A stretch of DNA of 56,856 nt from Enoplolaimus lenunculus (GCA_030248215.1 JASANG010000245.1:372001-428856); one strand, 5' to 3'; counted from the first letter of the stretch, positions 1 to 13,663 are shown. The notes: a model not told the origin generated them from the letters alone. Program-made: numbers and translations.

Positions 1-2400
1 ATTCAATGTGGGTTTATTTACCAGTTTGCAGCAATTTTTTGTATTTTTAGCAACCGAAATGCCATAATGAAGAAGAAGTTTAAATGATTTATTTGGCATC
101 ACTTTACAGAAGGGGCATATACTTCAAACGAAGGGATAGCGTGGATATATAACTCCGGAAATTGATGAATAAACGAAATCAAAGCACTGTTAACAGTGTT
201 ATGAATGAGTATCGGAATCCTTGAGGTTACATAAGGTTATACTTTGCCGAGCCAAAATCTGTGGCTACGGCTGTGATTTACAGGATTGTTGTTAAAATTA
301 GCACATTTATCAAATTGTACGCAACGACATTCATTTTGTTTAATTTGCGCTGCTTCAGCAAAATTGTTGCATTCCGGCTGGTTTTGAGGTTCGGGCTGTG
401 AAGCCTGATTACCGGTGGGTGACATATTCGAGTTGAAGTTGCCAGTTTTTGTTTAATCGGGATGTCAGTCTAGATTGCAACCGGGACTTTAGACCTTTCA
501 AAACTAAACAGCTTGAAATCGGCGGGTTACGGGTGGTTTCGAACTGACGACGTTTTGGTTGTTAAGCAGACGCTGTTATCACTGCGCCACGCAACCATGA
601 GCACCATTTTGAAGCTGTCTAGCTTAGCTTTAGTATATATGGCTCTTTATGTTGCCAGCCGAAATAACAGATTAATTTGTTGGATGACCATAGTTGATAT
701 TTTGAAAATTGTTAGCTGTTTTTCCTACGCTTATTTGTTACCTGGGCTGTGTTTTAGAATATCAACGCAATGCCAGCCGCATAACTTTTGAACGTTAATA
801 TATATTTCGTGCCCGACCTCAGTTTTGAGGTTTGTGACCTGAAACAGAAATTTTTCATTAGTATAACAAATTTGTTTAAAATGTTTATTGTTTAAAACTG
901 AAAAAAAACGTATTGCCAAACATTGTTGGATTCGACTTTTTCACAAGCGAATGCGAACTGCAAGATTTTGCCGAATCCGAATCCCAGTCCGAACCTTTGT
1001 TGCCACCCTGATATATTCACGCTAGAATTGTTTGGTTAAATTTAGTGATTGCACCCACACATTAGAATATTTTCAGCTTCCACCTACACTAGAGACGGTC
1101 GTTTAAATCTGGTTAAAATTTGAAATTTTGCGGTAAAGTAGAATAGCAGTGGCGTATATATCTGAAAGCTGACCAGATAACAAATAAGTTTAGTAGCAGA
1201 TTGGAAGTTTCTGGTTCGTTTAATTTGAACGTGAAACAATTATTGCTGGTTTTTAATACGGAACGACGTTTATAATTTTAATTGATGTTTGGCATCAAAT
1301 TAATTTGTCGCATATACGAAGTGTTGAAGCAAATTTAAAACTGAAGTGAAATATTTGATTTGGGGGCGGCGGTTATTTCAGTGCTATTTCGGCAATGACC
1401 TGATTCAGGTTTGGTGTAACGCTCGCTGTCAGCGGTATTTGACCTATAAACAAGCGGTGATGAAGATTTTTATATTTAAGGCTAAAAATTAGCAATTAAT
1501 ATTCCATGTGAATGTTGACAACTGAGCGGTCTAAGTAGATTGTTTTTGTTCGCGGTTGACAGATACAGGTACTATACGTACGTATATAGCAGCCAGGCAC
1601 GTCACAAGTCACTTTGTCATAAGCCGATAACTGCGATAGTCACTCTCGAGTTTGACTCTGTACGCGTGCATTTTGAATTAGCAGGAAGTTCCGTTGGAGA
1701 ATGCGGTGGCGGTTGTTTGAGGTTTGCGTGGTTGAAGAAACTTTTGTGGGTACCCACGAGCGTAGACGGTGTATTCAGCGACTATAGCCACGAATTTGTT
1801 AGTATGAATTGGATAGTAGAGATGGTGAGAAGATTTGTGGTGGGGGGGGGGTAAGGACAATTATTTAAATATGCTCAAATTATTTTAATGTTGTGCCGAA
1901 ACGGTTTCGCCAAGGGGGGCGAAAATGTCAGTAGAGGAGCGACCCCCGCGCGTAGGTGCGGTCGAAAGTGTTCTGAATGATTGAGCTTATAAATTGAGGT
2001 AAATAGGTAGGATGGTTATTTGATTTGTAGTCGTTTAAACTTCGTGTAGGTGGTTTGTGGTGTGCGTGTCAACGTTGATGATCGGCATCCGCTGGTTGTC
2101 AACGACGTTCGCTGTTGTTTGTGTATGATTTGGTTCACGTTTATAGCAGGTATACTGCACCTATTCGGTGTGAGAAAATTGTGCTTGAGAATACGTAGTT
2201 TGAAATGATAGCTGGTTTGAAATTTGATTTTTGCGTCATAGTTAAGTTATATTATTCGGTTTATTTTAGTTATCGATTGAAACATCATTGTTCTCAGGTT
2301 GCATCGTTGTGTAAATGCAAAGGAACCGCTGGTAAATTCGGTCATACAAATATGGTTGGTGTCGAATACCTAGTGCTAGTAGTTCTGTAGTAGGGTAAAC

Positions 2401-2661
2401 CAGGGGGATGGCAACAAAGGTAAAATTTTCAAATACCTTGCTATAAAAATCAATATTCTGTATTTCAGGTGAGAAATCTCAGAACTGACGTCGGGACGAA
2501 ATATATTAACGTACTAAAAGTTATACGGTTGGCATTGCGTTGATATTCGGAAACAAATTATAGATATATCTGAAATTTGCAACATGCAGGATTCGGTTTC
2601 GGATTCGGCAAATTAGCACTGGGTTCGGATTCGGTCAAATCGTGGATTCGGTGCCACCCTG
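2401..2661. mobile_element. hAT-like MITE
   Basis: Ends CAGGGG(GA)TGGCAAC / GGTGCCACCCTG; perfect 8-bp TSD GGGTAAAC (2393-2400, 2662-2669); subterminal GGATTC repeats. Confidence 0.85.
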
Positions 2662-3619
2662 GGGTAAACATAGGAGTTAGCACCGTCTCCAAGTTTAGAT
2701 GTAGCAAATTTAAGCAAAAACGGATCAAATTATGAAAAAATTGCGAAATATTTTAAAATTTGAGTTCCTATTTTTTTATCTGCACGGGTTTCTAAAACCT
2801 TATCCACTCAACAAACCCGTAAGCGCTTAGGCTTAGGCTTAGGCTGAGCCCTTGAGTAGCTCCGAAAAAGCCGTCCCCACCAGTCGCGTGAAATCGGGTT
2901 AGCGAAATGCCAGTAGTGTCCGGTTGTTTGGTCACAGGTTTTGATCGATCGACCAGAATTTTGGAACCGGCTACTAATAAATCAGTAGATTGGTCAAAAA
3001 TTTATGTATTGGAACCAGAATCACTGTTTATATTTGAGATTAAAGCAACGCAATGATCCATAAAGATCCACTCTGTGGAGAACGCTTCCAGTTATTTGTT
3101 TAAAATGTCTCTTAATTGTTTATTTATAGCTTAGATTGTTTTACACATTTAACCCTTTCACTCATAGAGTATACTATTAGCAACTAAATACAGTAATGTA
3201 CGAGCAATACAGACATGGACAGGTTATTTTGCATGCGGCATCAAGAAGAGCCCCCCCCGGGCCACCCCCTCCCCCACCCCCCCGCCGTCTATTTAAAAAA
3301 AAAAAAATATAACTGCGCGGGCTGCAAACGTAGAAAAGACTAAAACGGAGTTTGCTAATTTATACAATGTTAGGAACGGGATGGATACAAAAGTTTAAGT
3401 TTAGTTTTATCAAAGCTGAATCCAACGAGCAAGTTTCTAGCTTGTGCTTTTGAAATGGATGTGGAGCCGACTGGATTGTGTTTGTTGAAAATTTTGCCGT
3501 TGCGGTTCTGGGCCTCAATTTATGTTTCAATGAACTCGGATTTCTATGTTCTAAAATTCATATGTTTGTTTTGCCTGATGTTTTGTCTCGCCAAGTCGGC
3601 AGATGCCACTTCAATTTTA

Positions 3620-3875
3620 AACAATACCGTTAACTTATCAATGATTGATTGTAGATTAACTGTTACAAAACCGAAAATCCTTCGCCAATTTGTTCATGCG
3701 ACGTTTATGAAAATTGTTGCCAGCCAGCAGACACCCTAAATCAACATGATGTTTGTCAATACAAAATTATCTGTACAGTCGCAAAATTTCTAGTTTCGAT
3801 TCTGATTTCGATTACAATTCCGGTATAAATTTGCTGTTCCGGTTGCGGTATAATCCAGTTCCGCTTTGGACCATG
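3620..3875 (+). mobile_element. Degraded 3' part of hAT-like MITE family C
   Basis: Aligns by eye with the right half of 40587-41020 (ttgtcaatacaaa...ccggtataaatttgctg...ttccgctttg). Confidence 0.6.
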
Positions 3876-4079
3876 ATTTATAAGAAGGGGTTTTTCAAAG
3901 CCGAAGTTTTGCAATCGGATTAGAATTAGACAAAATGACAATGAGTGTTCAGAATTGTGATCAGTGTAATCTTGTGTTTGGTATAATTTTGGCCCAAGTG
4001 CCGAGTATGGTGCAAGTTTGTGGGGACAAGTACTTTACCAGTGGTCCCATTGTCGTTGTGGTCACAGTGTGATTTTAAT

Positions 4080-4465
4080 TAGGGATGTGCCGATCAATCG
4101 GCATCGGTAATAATCGGCAGTTTTCGTGAGTATCGGCATCGGCATCGGCGCTGCAAAACAATTGCCGATTCGTTGCCGATACTTTTTTCACATATAACAG
4201 CAGTCAGTTGGAATGCTATCCGTTTCATTTGTGGTCGCATATCAGTGTGTCCGGTCAGCAAAACTGATATCGTTCGTGCGTTTGTGTTTGAAAAAAATGA
4301 ATTGAAATGAACCGTTCTGTTATAAAATTATAATCGTTTATGATGGTTAGGGTTTAAGTCTTCATATAGTGATGCAATGTAGTATATATCCTATCTGTTT
4401 ATTAAGCATGGTGTACTAAAGTTGGAATCGGCACCGGCAAAAATTTTGGTATCGGCGCATCCCTA
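4080..4465 (+). mobile_element. hAT-like MITE family D (TAGGGATGTGCCGAT ends)
   Basis: TIR TAGGGATGTGCCGAT / ATCGGCGCATCCCTA; TSD ATTTTAAT/GTTTTAAT (7/8); ATCGGC subterminal repeats; other copies in the window. Confidence 0.85.
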
Positions 4466-5203
4466 GTTTTAATACTTTGTTAGAAACAGCAATTCGAAAA
4501 AAACATTAAACTCAGCGGTCGTATAAGCGTAGCTTTACATTAATTTGTTGAAAAAGTAATAAAGAATTACGTATATATGAAAAATGTATGTAATATATGT
4601 GTATATTGTTATCTGGTTGAAGACTGTAGAACACAGTCGAATTGAATGTTTCATTAAACTGGAGTTGACTGTGGCTTGTTTGATAGCAATCGGCTAAAAT
4701 AGCATTTTGTGATGTGAGAGTTGGGTGCGAGACGAGGTCGAGGTGATATGTGAAATGGTGAAGATGAAAAATGTATATTTTTAATGTCTCAAAGGAATAC
4801 TGCCGCGTGGTGGCGGGTGAGAGTGGCTAAAAGAGCACGGCGGAAATCAGTTGCCTTTATATATAATATATTATATATATATTATATATATTTATTTATT
4901 TATTTATTTATTTTTTCTTTATTTTACAGCTTAAATATGAATTAATTAAATATATATATATTGTTAGGTTTATATGTTTAGGCAAATGTGCGATATCGAT
5001 ATGAGAATAAAACAGTTACTTGCTTAGGTCAAATATGAATCAAAGTTGCCGTTTGAGAGGTTGTGATTGGTGATTGCTTCAAGCTTGTAAACGATGTTTT
5101 TTCTCGGATCGAGAAATTTCAGGGATATACCCTTTGTTGATTGCTGATAGGATTCTGCCTTGGCGTTAATATTGTTGGACAATAACTGTGAACTGGCGGT
5201 GTG

Positions 5204-5600
5204 CAAGGTGCAACCGGAATTACAATTTACCGGAACCGGAACCGGAATTTGAAAATTTTACCGGAACCGGAAAGTGAAAAATGCATTTCACCAAAAATTT
5301 CATTTTAATCGTATTTTTTGCTCTATTATTTGTGAAACAACCTTAGTCGAACATAGGTATTTATTTTATTTGTTGTATTTTAGATTTTCGTCGTCGACTG
5401 AAGTGAAATCCACCATCAATGGCTTATATTCGGAATACAAGTGGCTTTCTAAAGAGATTCTTAAAGATTAGCAAAGTTAAAAAAACGGCCAAGTTTTAAC
5501 ACCGGAATTTTTAAATCCGGTAAAAATTTACCGGAACCGGAACCGGAAGGTGAAAAAATGCCGGAACCGGAACCGGAACCGGAATTCCGGTTGCACCCTG
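5204..5600 (+). mobile_element. hAT-like MITE family A, full length (~400 bp)
   Basis: TIR CA(A/G)GGTGCAACCGGAATT; perfect 8-bp TSD GCGGTGTG (5196-5203, 5601-5608); ACCGGA subterminal repeats; five near-identical copies. Confidence 0.92.
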
Positions 5601-6640
5601 GCGGTGTGGTGTGTTAGTGAACGGTATTGCCTATACCGGTATGTTACGCCGGTACGTGAACATATTATACACATAAACCTGGAACATTACTTGTTATTAG
5701 TGTTGTTTTTGGTTATTGTACCATACTTGAAGCGTTTATTGTTAGGTTGTTGGTTATAGTTTTTCTATAACCGTCCTATTACATGCTATTAGGTTTAAAT
5801 TTGAATCACTTTGTCAAAGTTGCATAATCTGTTCGCTGACTAGATTACTTTGTTGATTTTAAATTTCCGTTTCGACGGGACAGATGTAAGTGGGTAATGA
5901 TGGGGTAGCCAGACCGGGGTAGACTAGTGTAAATTTTGTTTTTGGCCGCGATTCCGCTTTTTAGGGGTGTATGCAAGGGGGGATATGGTGAGAATTGTCG
6001 GAAATTTCAGGGGACACTCTTAAACGCACTTTCGCAGCCTATGGAATAAAATGCAGAAGTTAAAGAAAAAAATTTTTTCTCGCGAAAAATTTCAGACGAA
6101 ATGATCCGCGTCCGAAATGAAACTGTGGCTACTGCTGCAGTTGCCGGTTTCTACCGGTTCAGTGTGTCGCTAGACACCCGGCACTTATGGCACTGACGGT
6201 CCCAGGGTACTCGAATAGAACCTGAATACTGAGCGAAAGTAAACATAGATTCAGTAGGCATATTTTTTAATATTTTTGGTCATTTTTCATGATGAGTGAA
6301 GCGGGTGTCGCTTGCATACTGTGTCCCACATGCTTAGATTTAGGGATTGGAAAAGGCGTATTTAAGGCTAGGCATAAACCTAAGTGTTTACCTGTTAAGA
6401 TCTAATCTAAGTTTCAGGGCTGTGTCTGAAAAACATTTGTACGAAACTATGTAGTACTCAGGTTGCAACCGGAATTCCGGTTCCGGCAATGTTTGAACTT
6501 CCGGTTCCGTTTTCGGTATTTTTTCAAATTCCGTTGGCATCCTAAATGGTGTGTTGACGCCATCAAAAGCGATAAAATAGCGTTAAATATGAGGTTTTTC
6601 AGGTATTTTTACTTTCCGGTTCCGTATTTTATAATTCCGG

Positions 6641-7049
6641 CAGGGTTGCAACAGGAACTAAATTTGGCATGAACAGAAACAGTAGACAAGAATTGAATTT
6701 CTTTGCAGGAACGGAAATTGAAATAATTTTCATCACCGAATTACTGTTGGACTTTTTAGCAGCAAACTTGCCAAAAAAATGGCTTAAGCGAATTTTCTGC
6801 CGTTTCATCGTTATGTTTTGTGAAAACACGACAGAAACACTTTGTTAGCAAAATTGAAGTAATTGCAAAAACACTCATGTCGAAATAACAATTTTTCAAA
6901 CACAAAGTTTCTAAAATTAAAATGATTAGACGTAATTTGGCACAAAACCGTAAAAATTCCAGTTTGTTCACCTTTGAATGCAGGAACGCGAACCGAAATT
7001 GAATTTTGCAGGAATTTTGGCCGGAACATCAAATTCCGGTTGAACTTTT
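6641..7049 (+). mobile_element. hAT-like MITE family B
   Basis: Starts CAGGGTTGCAAC; interior matches reverse complement of 30324-30869 and degraded 9530-9860. Confidence 0.7.
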
Positions 7050-7786
7050 TGATATATACGTGTATGTTTTGTAATTATTTCCATAAATAAATACCGTATA
7101 TAAAGTGGAACTCATGTTGCGAAGCGATCATTGATTGTCATGAAGATATTTGTTATTTTTATTGTGTTTTTTGTGCGTTGAAAAGTGCATTAACTGCATA
7201 CTGCAGGGTGATGTGTGCAAGTTTAGTTGTCTTTTGTGCGTTTTGTGTCTTAAAATTATCGTTGTGTTTTTTGTTATATTTAGTGTTTTAATGTGTTAAT
7301 AGTCAAGAGCACATGGTCTCGGGTTCAATTCGAGATGCTGTAACCGCATGTTGAAATTTTTTGACCTCAGACTACAGGGTAGTCTAAAGCGTGGGCGTTG
7401 TATCTTGTTTGACGAGACAATTTAGGGACAGGGTATATGTATGCCATCTATTCGCTCCCTTGTATATGACCCTTGGATATAGTGTTCATGAGTTGTTTTT
7501 ATAATTGTTTCGTCTTTATTATTAAAGTACTTAGGGTTTGACAGTTTCAACGCAGGCGCGGTAGGTTTGAGGGGTGGCTTGGTTTGCTTCAGTGGATTGC
7601 AGTTTAAAAGCGATTGCTAGAAACGTCCAGCTGTGAGTCATTCATCTGGTCTTCTTGTCGCTTTGGATGCGTTAAACTTTGTTCTGGGATTGGTTCGTTT
7701 TTGTTTGGGTATGGAAAGATGGGACGTCCGTCTGCAAGTATACGTGGTCGATGGTGAACAAGTTTTTGATACGAAAGTGTAGATTG

Positions 7787-8183
7787 CAGGGTGCAACCGG
7801 AATTCCGGTTCCGGTTCCGGCATTTTTTCACCTTCCGGTTCCGGTTCCGGTAAATTTTTACCGGATTTAAAAATTCCGGTGTTAAAATTTGGCCGTTTTC
7901 TTAACTTTGCTAATTTTTAAGAATCTCTTTTGAAAGCCACTTGTACTCCGAATATAAGTCATTGATGGTCGATTTCACTTCAGTCGACGACGAAAATCTA
8001 AAATACAACAAATAAAATAAATATCTATGTTCGACTAAGGTTATTTCACAAATAATAGAGCAAAAAATAAGATTAAAGTGAAATTTTTGGTGAAATGCAT
8101 TTTTCACTTTCCGGTTCCGTTTCCGGTTCCGGTAAAATTTTCAAATTCCGGTTCCGGTAAATTGTAATTCCGGTTGTACCCTG
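7787..8183 (-). mobile_element. hAT-like MITE family A
   Basis: Inverted copy of 5204-5600; TSD GTAGATTG/GTAAATTG (7/8). Confidence 0.92.
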
Positions 8184-8199
8184 GTAAATTGCTATCGTC

Positions 8200-8410
8200 G
8201 GCTCATGTAAAGATCAGGGGCAGAGAGTTTTTTCTGTGGGTCTGCAATAGAGTAAGCTTAGGCTTAGGCTTAGGAATATGCTCATTGTTACGATTCGGTT
8301 TAGGCGTAGGCTTAGGAATATGCTCACTCTTACGCTTAGGCTTAGATGCTTAGGCGTAGGCTATGGAATATGCTTAGAATACTGTTTCGCTCCTGTTCTG
8401 TACATAAGCC
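8200..8410 (+). mobile_element. Merlin-like MITE family I with internal TTAGGC array
   Basis: Ends GGCTCATGTA / TACATAAGCC; TSD CTATCGTC/GTATCGTC (7/8). Confidence 0.75.
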
Positions 8411-8907
8411 GTATCGTCTATGATGCAGCAAATTGTAAACACGGTAACGCAGTTTTTGTGTTATTAATACTGGGATTTTAGTGAAGGTGCTTTTGGAAGC
8501 CATAGCCCATTAGGTTATAAGGTACGTTTGGGTTAAGGTTGAAAAACTCTTGTCAAGCAGTTATCATAAATTGCTGGCTTGACGAACAGAAGTTGCACAA
8601 AGATGTGAAATTTTTAATTCTCTGCTGTGTTAACCGTATGGAATCGTGGTTTGGTTCACAGGGTATCACGACAATTCGTCGACCGACAGCATGTAATCTG
8701 AAATTTCATCGCGTCGACAACTCGTTCGCTCGTCATTATGCTTATAGGCTTGGGTTTGGTTTGGATTACGCTTAGGATTATGCTTAGATTTATTAATAGG
8801 CTTTAGGGTACTGTTTTGCGGCAAGTTGTCGGGCGACGAAGTTTCATAGATTTGGTCTACGGAGTCTGAAAAATTTAACCTTTGTTGTTGGCATAACTTT
8901 AGGAATA

Positions 8908-9156
8908 GGGTTGCGCGTTACTTGATGTCCAGCGCCGTTCGTCACTCGTCCGTCACTCGTACGGCGCCGTCCGTCACTCGTACGGCGCCGTCCGTCACTG
9001 TCTGTCACCATACGTTATCGTACGTGAGTTATTTGTGTACGACGCCGGACGGTGTCGGACGGCGTCCGTACGGAGACGCACGGTGACGGACGGCGCCGGA
9101 CGGTACCGTGCGGCTGACAGACGGCACCGGACGTCTAAAACAGTCTAGCGTAACCC
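8908..9156 (-). mobile_element. PIF/Harbinger-like MITE family E
   Basis: Ends GGGTTGCGC / GCGTAACCC, flanks ATA/TTA; core catacgttatcgtacgtgagttatt shared (inverted) with 42465-42860. Confidence 0.7.
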
Positions 9157-9985
9157 TTAGTCTTACGTTTAAGATTAGGTTTAAATGTATGAGGAATGTG
9201 TTCAACCGCCGCAAAAACCGTTTTTGTTTAGTTGCCTTTTCAGATTGTATAGGGTGGTTGTGTCATTGTGCTTTTATTGCGGGGACTTACATTTATACCG
9301 CATAGTTGAGTGCGTGTCTAACAAAGTAATATAAAAGCTAAAATTATAATTAGCAACATATTGTCATGTAAAGAACGGATATAAGGTTAGAATTTATCTA
9401 ACATTGTAGTTATCGGTGTGTACTGCTATTTAATATACTTGCATAGTTTATATGTAAATTAGTTTTCTTGATTGTTATAAGCCCGGGTGCCAAATTGCGG
9501 ATTGTATTGTGATTTGGGATTCAACACCGGGATTCGTGTTCCGGTCGGAATTGTTGCACAAATTCAATTCCGGTCCTTGTTCATGCATTGAAAGATGCAG
9601 GAAACAGATTATTTCGAAACGAGAGTGCGTTTGCAATTAGTTTAAATTTTGTTAATGATCTGTTTCTGATGTGTTTTCGCAAAACTTGATAATGAAATAG
9701 CTGAAAATTTGGCTTATCAGCCAAATTTTATTTGCAAGTTTTCTAAGAAGTTCAACAGTAATTTGGTGATGAAAATTATTTCAAATTGCGGTTCGTGTTC
9801 TTGTTCGGGTTCCTGCAAAAAATTCAGTTCCTGGTCGTGTTCCGGTAAAACTTCGTTCCTATACGCTGCGGCGCGTATGTTGTTGCTAAAATTGAATTCG
9901 GTGCGCGAGAGTACGGAATCCGGATTGTCTTGGAATCAAATGAAAAGTTGTTTATTTTGTAGTTTGTTGGCGAGAAGAGTACGTA

Positions 9986-10283
9986 TGTCGTAGGCCAATC
10001 TGACTATTCAGGCCAATTGCTAATTGGACAAAGCCAATCTGCTATTTTATGTACTAGCAATTTTGTTGAGGCGAAACTGCTATTGCACTTATGGACCAAA
10101 CAGATTTGATTATTTTGGAAAAAACACAATACCGTGAACCAATCAGCGTTGGTATTACATCACTGTTGTTTTGCGATATCTCACAATCGCTGTTTGGCCT
10201 CGGCCAAACTACTGTTTGCGTCAAATAGCAAATTGGCCTAGGCCAATTGGTAATTTGCCTGAATAGCAGATTAGCCTACGGCA
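9986..10283 (+). mobile_element. MITE family G (TGTCGTAGGCCAATCTG TIR)
   Basis: TIR TGTCGTAGGCCAATCTG / CAGATTAGCCTACGGCA; homologous to 36409-36693 and partial 37572-37765. Confidence 0.8.
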
Positions 10284-11097
10284 CGTATATTGGAGAGTGG
10301 ATAAAGTTATTGGCTCTCAAAGGTTTATCCAAGCCGTTGTGTTGTTTCGACGGTTGAACTTGTTCGCTGAATAAATATAAAATTATAGCAACGGTTACGT
10401 GGTAATTTATTATTTTTTTGCCGGACAGGTGTTTTGCTTGAGTTGTTACTTTTGAATTAATAAGCAAAGTAGGTTGATGGTGTTGTTGTTGTTTTTCTCT
10501 TGAGACAACTTTGCCAAATTTAGGTATTAGATTGCATGTAACGAGCGAACGAGTGTACATGATGCATATGTGTAGGTTTGTTTGTGTTTTTGTTTCAAAT
10601 GTTTCGTATAGGCGTTGCGGTATATGTTCGACAACAGATTAACTGTTAGACGTTTGAACGGAAACGTTTGGATGGTACCGTCAAATATTGCCGGATATAC
10701 CGGGATGCATTTTGACAGAATCAAGGGCAATTGGTCGACTGATAACTTGGTGCCCGACAGTGTGGTTCAGACCAACTTGTATCAAAATGTGAAAAATTCG
10801 CTGTCGTATTAACCGGATGTCTGCCGGAAATGTTTAGCGGAACTGGGGCTTGGCGGCCGGAGATTGATTTTTGGTTGGAGATATAGGCACAGGCGCCGTT
10901 TGTACCCTGACAATTAAGAGCAAGTTTGAAATGGTCTCCCTGGCAGGGTGTAAGTGCGGCCAGAGTCAGAGTTGGATGCTGGACGGCACAAAACCGCTGC
11001 TGTATAAATTTGGGCACAGATTTGCCCAATTAAACCATTAGAGTGACCCAGTAGTAGTGTTTAAGAAACGGACGTCACAGTTGTGTATGCAACGTTT

Positions 11098-11296
11098 GGC
11101 CCATGTTTACTCTAAGGGGCGTCCAGGTTTCTGGTGGGTCTATAAAACAGTAGGTTTAGATTCTAGATTACATTGCTTTTTCTTAGACTTAGGCTTAGGC
11201 TTAAGAACTCATTTTTGGCAACGCTTAGGCTTAGAATAGGCTTAGGCTTCGGAATACGCTTAATCTACTGTTACACCCCTTAAAGTAACATTGGCC
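11098..11296 (+). mobile_element. Merlin-like MITE family H with TTAGGC array
   Basis: TIR GGCCCATGTT(T)ACT / AGTAACATTGGCC; TSD CAACGTTT/CGACGTTT (7/8). Confidence 0.8.
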
Positions 11297-11543
11297 CGAC
11301 GTTTGATAGTTGTCGGCAGAGGCGAGATAATTCAATTGCTTCAAATTACGAATACGCATGGTCGAACGATGTGCATATGCGTGTTTTAGTTTATATGACA
11401 ACGCTGTATACAACTCGAAGTGTGTTTAATTTTAAATCGTTGAAAGTAGTAGCCATTATCGGTGAAAGCTTTATTTGAGTTACGCGGCTTCAAATGTGAC
11501 CGTTGAGGTATACGTTTGACCGGCGGTTTGAGTTTGAAGTTTG

Positions 11544-11740
11544 GTGCTCATGTAAACAGCAGGGCCGAAACGATTTTCGGTGGGACTGCGATAGAGTAAG
11601 CTTAAGGTTTAGATTAATTTTTTTGCTTGGCTTAGATTTATCTTATGATTTAGGCTTAGGAATATGCTCATTCTTAGGCTTAGGCTTTGGCTGAGGAATA
11701 TGTTCATAATACTGTTCCGCCCGTGTTATTTACACTGGCC
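11544..11740 (+). mobile_element. Merlin-like MITE family I
   Basis: Homologous to 8200-8410; perfect TSD GAAGTTTG (11536-11543, 11741-11748). Confidence 0.8.
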
Positions 11741-12753
11741 GAAGTTTGTGAGCGAGGGTTCGTAAAGCTCATGCTGACCGCTCGGAGCGTTGGGTTGATT
11801 ATGAGGTGACGGCAGGGTTGCGGTTCGTAGTGGTTGTGTAGGAGCCAGTTGAATGTTTTCATTGGAGGTTTTGGGTGGAACAAAATGATGAAAAATTGTG
11901 GGGTTCATTGAAAATTGCGTGTTATAGGGATTATTTTGACGTTTTTTTCAGGATAAACAAACTCCAGGAATTGTTGCTGTGTTCAGTAGTGTGATGTGGA
12001 CTGCACCGGACGAGGTTCGAAATTATTGTAGAGTTCGGATCGCTTAATGCCGGCGGTTCGGTCCATGGTCGGTCCGTTTTGGACCCCGGTCGGACTTTTA
12101 ATGGTTTAAAACCAGACGATGGTGGACGTTAAAACAAAAAAAAAGATGCACAAAAACATTCAAACTTTCTCACTCGAAAAAGTGATTTTTATTTTTGATA
12201 ACCTCCGAAATTGAATAAGACCAGAAGTCTTGGGCCGGTGGCTCGGTCTCGGCCCCGGGTATTGGATTTTGGCCGAAACTACACATCTCTGTCGCGTATC
12301 ATTATGCTTAGACTTAGGCACAGGTATTATATATCCGTAGGATGATTATGTTTTTGGTTTAGGCTTCGGTTTTATAAACTGTCGAGTGACAAATTGTCGG
12401 AGATTTAGGGAAAATGTGCTAAGGTCCAGTGTGTTTCAAACAGACGCGCAGTGTCAGCTGTATTGCAGGATGAGATTATACCGTTTGATCCGTATTTACT
12501 TTGGTATGTGTCGCAAAGCACGCAAATCAAGGATTAGTCCAAGCTTAAGGATATTGCCAGTTTTTTCAACAACGTCATAATTTTGATGACGTTTTTTTTG
12601 CAATGGAAACGGATTTATTTAAACGGTTTGAGGGATTAAGCCTTGGCACCGCGGTTTGTGTGGTTGTTTCTTTAATGTTTGGTTGTGTCATTAGAATATA
12701 GGGCGGTTTCGGTTTCGTACGTCTTGGAAATGCTATAGTCGTTTAAGAATGGC

Positions 12754-12924
12754 GGTCCCATGTATTGAACAGGGCCTGAACGGTTGTCTGGCGGCACTGT
12801 AGTAGAGTAAGCACTCAAGGTTTAGACTAGTTTTAGGTTTAGGTTTAGGTATACGCTCATCGTTTCGCTTAGGCTTAGGAATATGCTTACGATATCTGTT
12901 CCGACCATGTTCTATACGTGGGCC
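12754..12924 (+). mobile_element. Degraded family I MITE
   Basis: GGTCCCATGTA...TACGTGGGCC ends, same internal layout; TSD only 5/8. Confidence 0.6.
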
Positions 12925-12927
12925 AAA

Positions 12928-13152
12928 TTGGGATGTACCGATTAGTCTTCAATAATCGGTACTTTTCCCGATTATCAGCATGAGCACTGTGTAAAAATTG
13001 CCGATTCATTGCCGATACGTTATGCACTCAGCATTGAGATGGAGTGAGTTTCGTTTGCCGGACGTAAAGCGGATCGGTATCGATATTGGCATTGGCAGAG
13101 GTTTAAAATAATTGTCGGCATCGGCAAAAACTTTGGCGTCGGCACATCACTA
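12928..13152 (+). mobile_element. Degraded family D MITE
   Basis: gggatgtaccgatt...tcggcacatcacta ends, ATCGGC repeats. Confidence 0.6.
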
Positions 13153-13293
13153 ATTAAAGTCTGACTTAGTGATTATCTGGAAGACTTCGAAAATCATGGT
13201 CGGATCGGGTATGAGTTGTTCATGTGCGTCAGGCAATAAAATCCTGAAAACCTCCAATAACGAAGGAATATATTAATCGTCGTTAGTCGAAGT

Positions 13294-13663
13294 CAGGGTG
13301 CAACCGGAATTCCGGTTCGGATTGTTCCAATTCGGATTGCACAATCAATCGGAATTGGAATTTTGACATTTTAATTTTAGGCCTACTTGTAGCGATACGT
13401 TGCATAAAAATGCTGTATTATTTATTTATCGTTTAATTGCTGATTGTAGTTTAGTTTTGCAGAACCAAAAATTATCACCAATTTGTTCTTGCGGCGTTTT
13501 TTGAGAATTGGTACCAGCCATGAGACGTCCTAAATCAATATTATATTTGTCAATACAAATTATTCGTACAGTCACAAAGCTGCTAGTTTCAATATTTCGT
13601 TTGGGCTCCTGCGAATTCTGGTGGTCTTCGGTTTCGGTATTTTTTACCTCCGATTGAACCCTG
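13294..13663 (+). mobile_element. hAT-like MITE family C
   Basis: CAGGGTGCAACCGG...GATTGAACCCTG; interior homologous to 40587-41020; TSD poorly preserved. Confidence 0.7.

Noticed and set aside
237..425. Minus-strand ORF MSPTGNQ... and other 60-100 aa ORFs in unique DNA
   Set aside because: No recognisable domains or splice context; lengths are compatible with chance in skewed sequence
2820..2850. True telomere or nematode origin inferred from TTAGGC
   Set aside because: Arrays are short, degenerate and embedded in MITEs; not enough to assign taxon or chromosome end
5274..5471. Recurrent ORF MKNAFHQKFHF... (five copies)
   Set aside because: Lies inside the family A MITE, mostly non-ATG starts, no transposase motif; recurrence reflects element copy number
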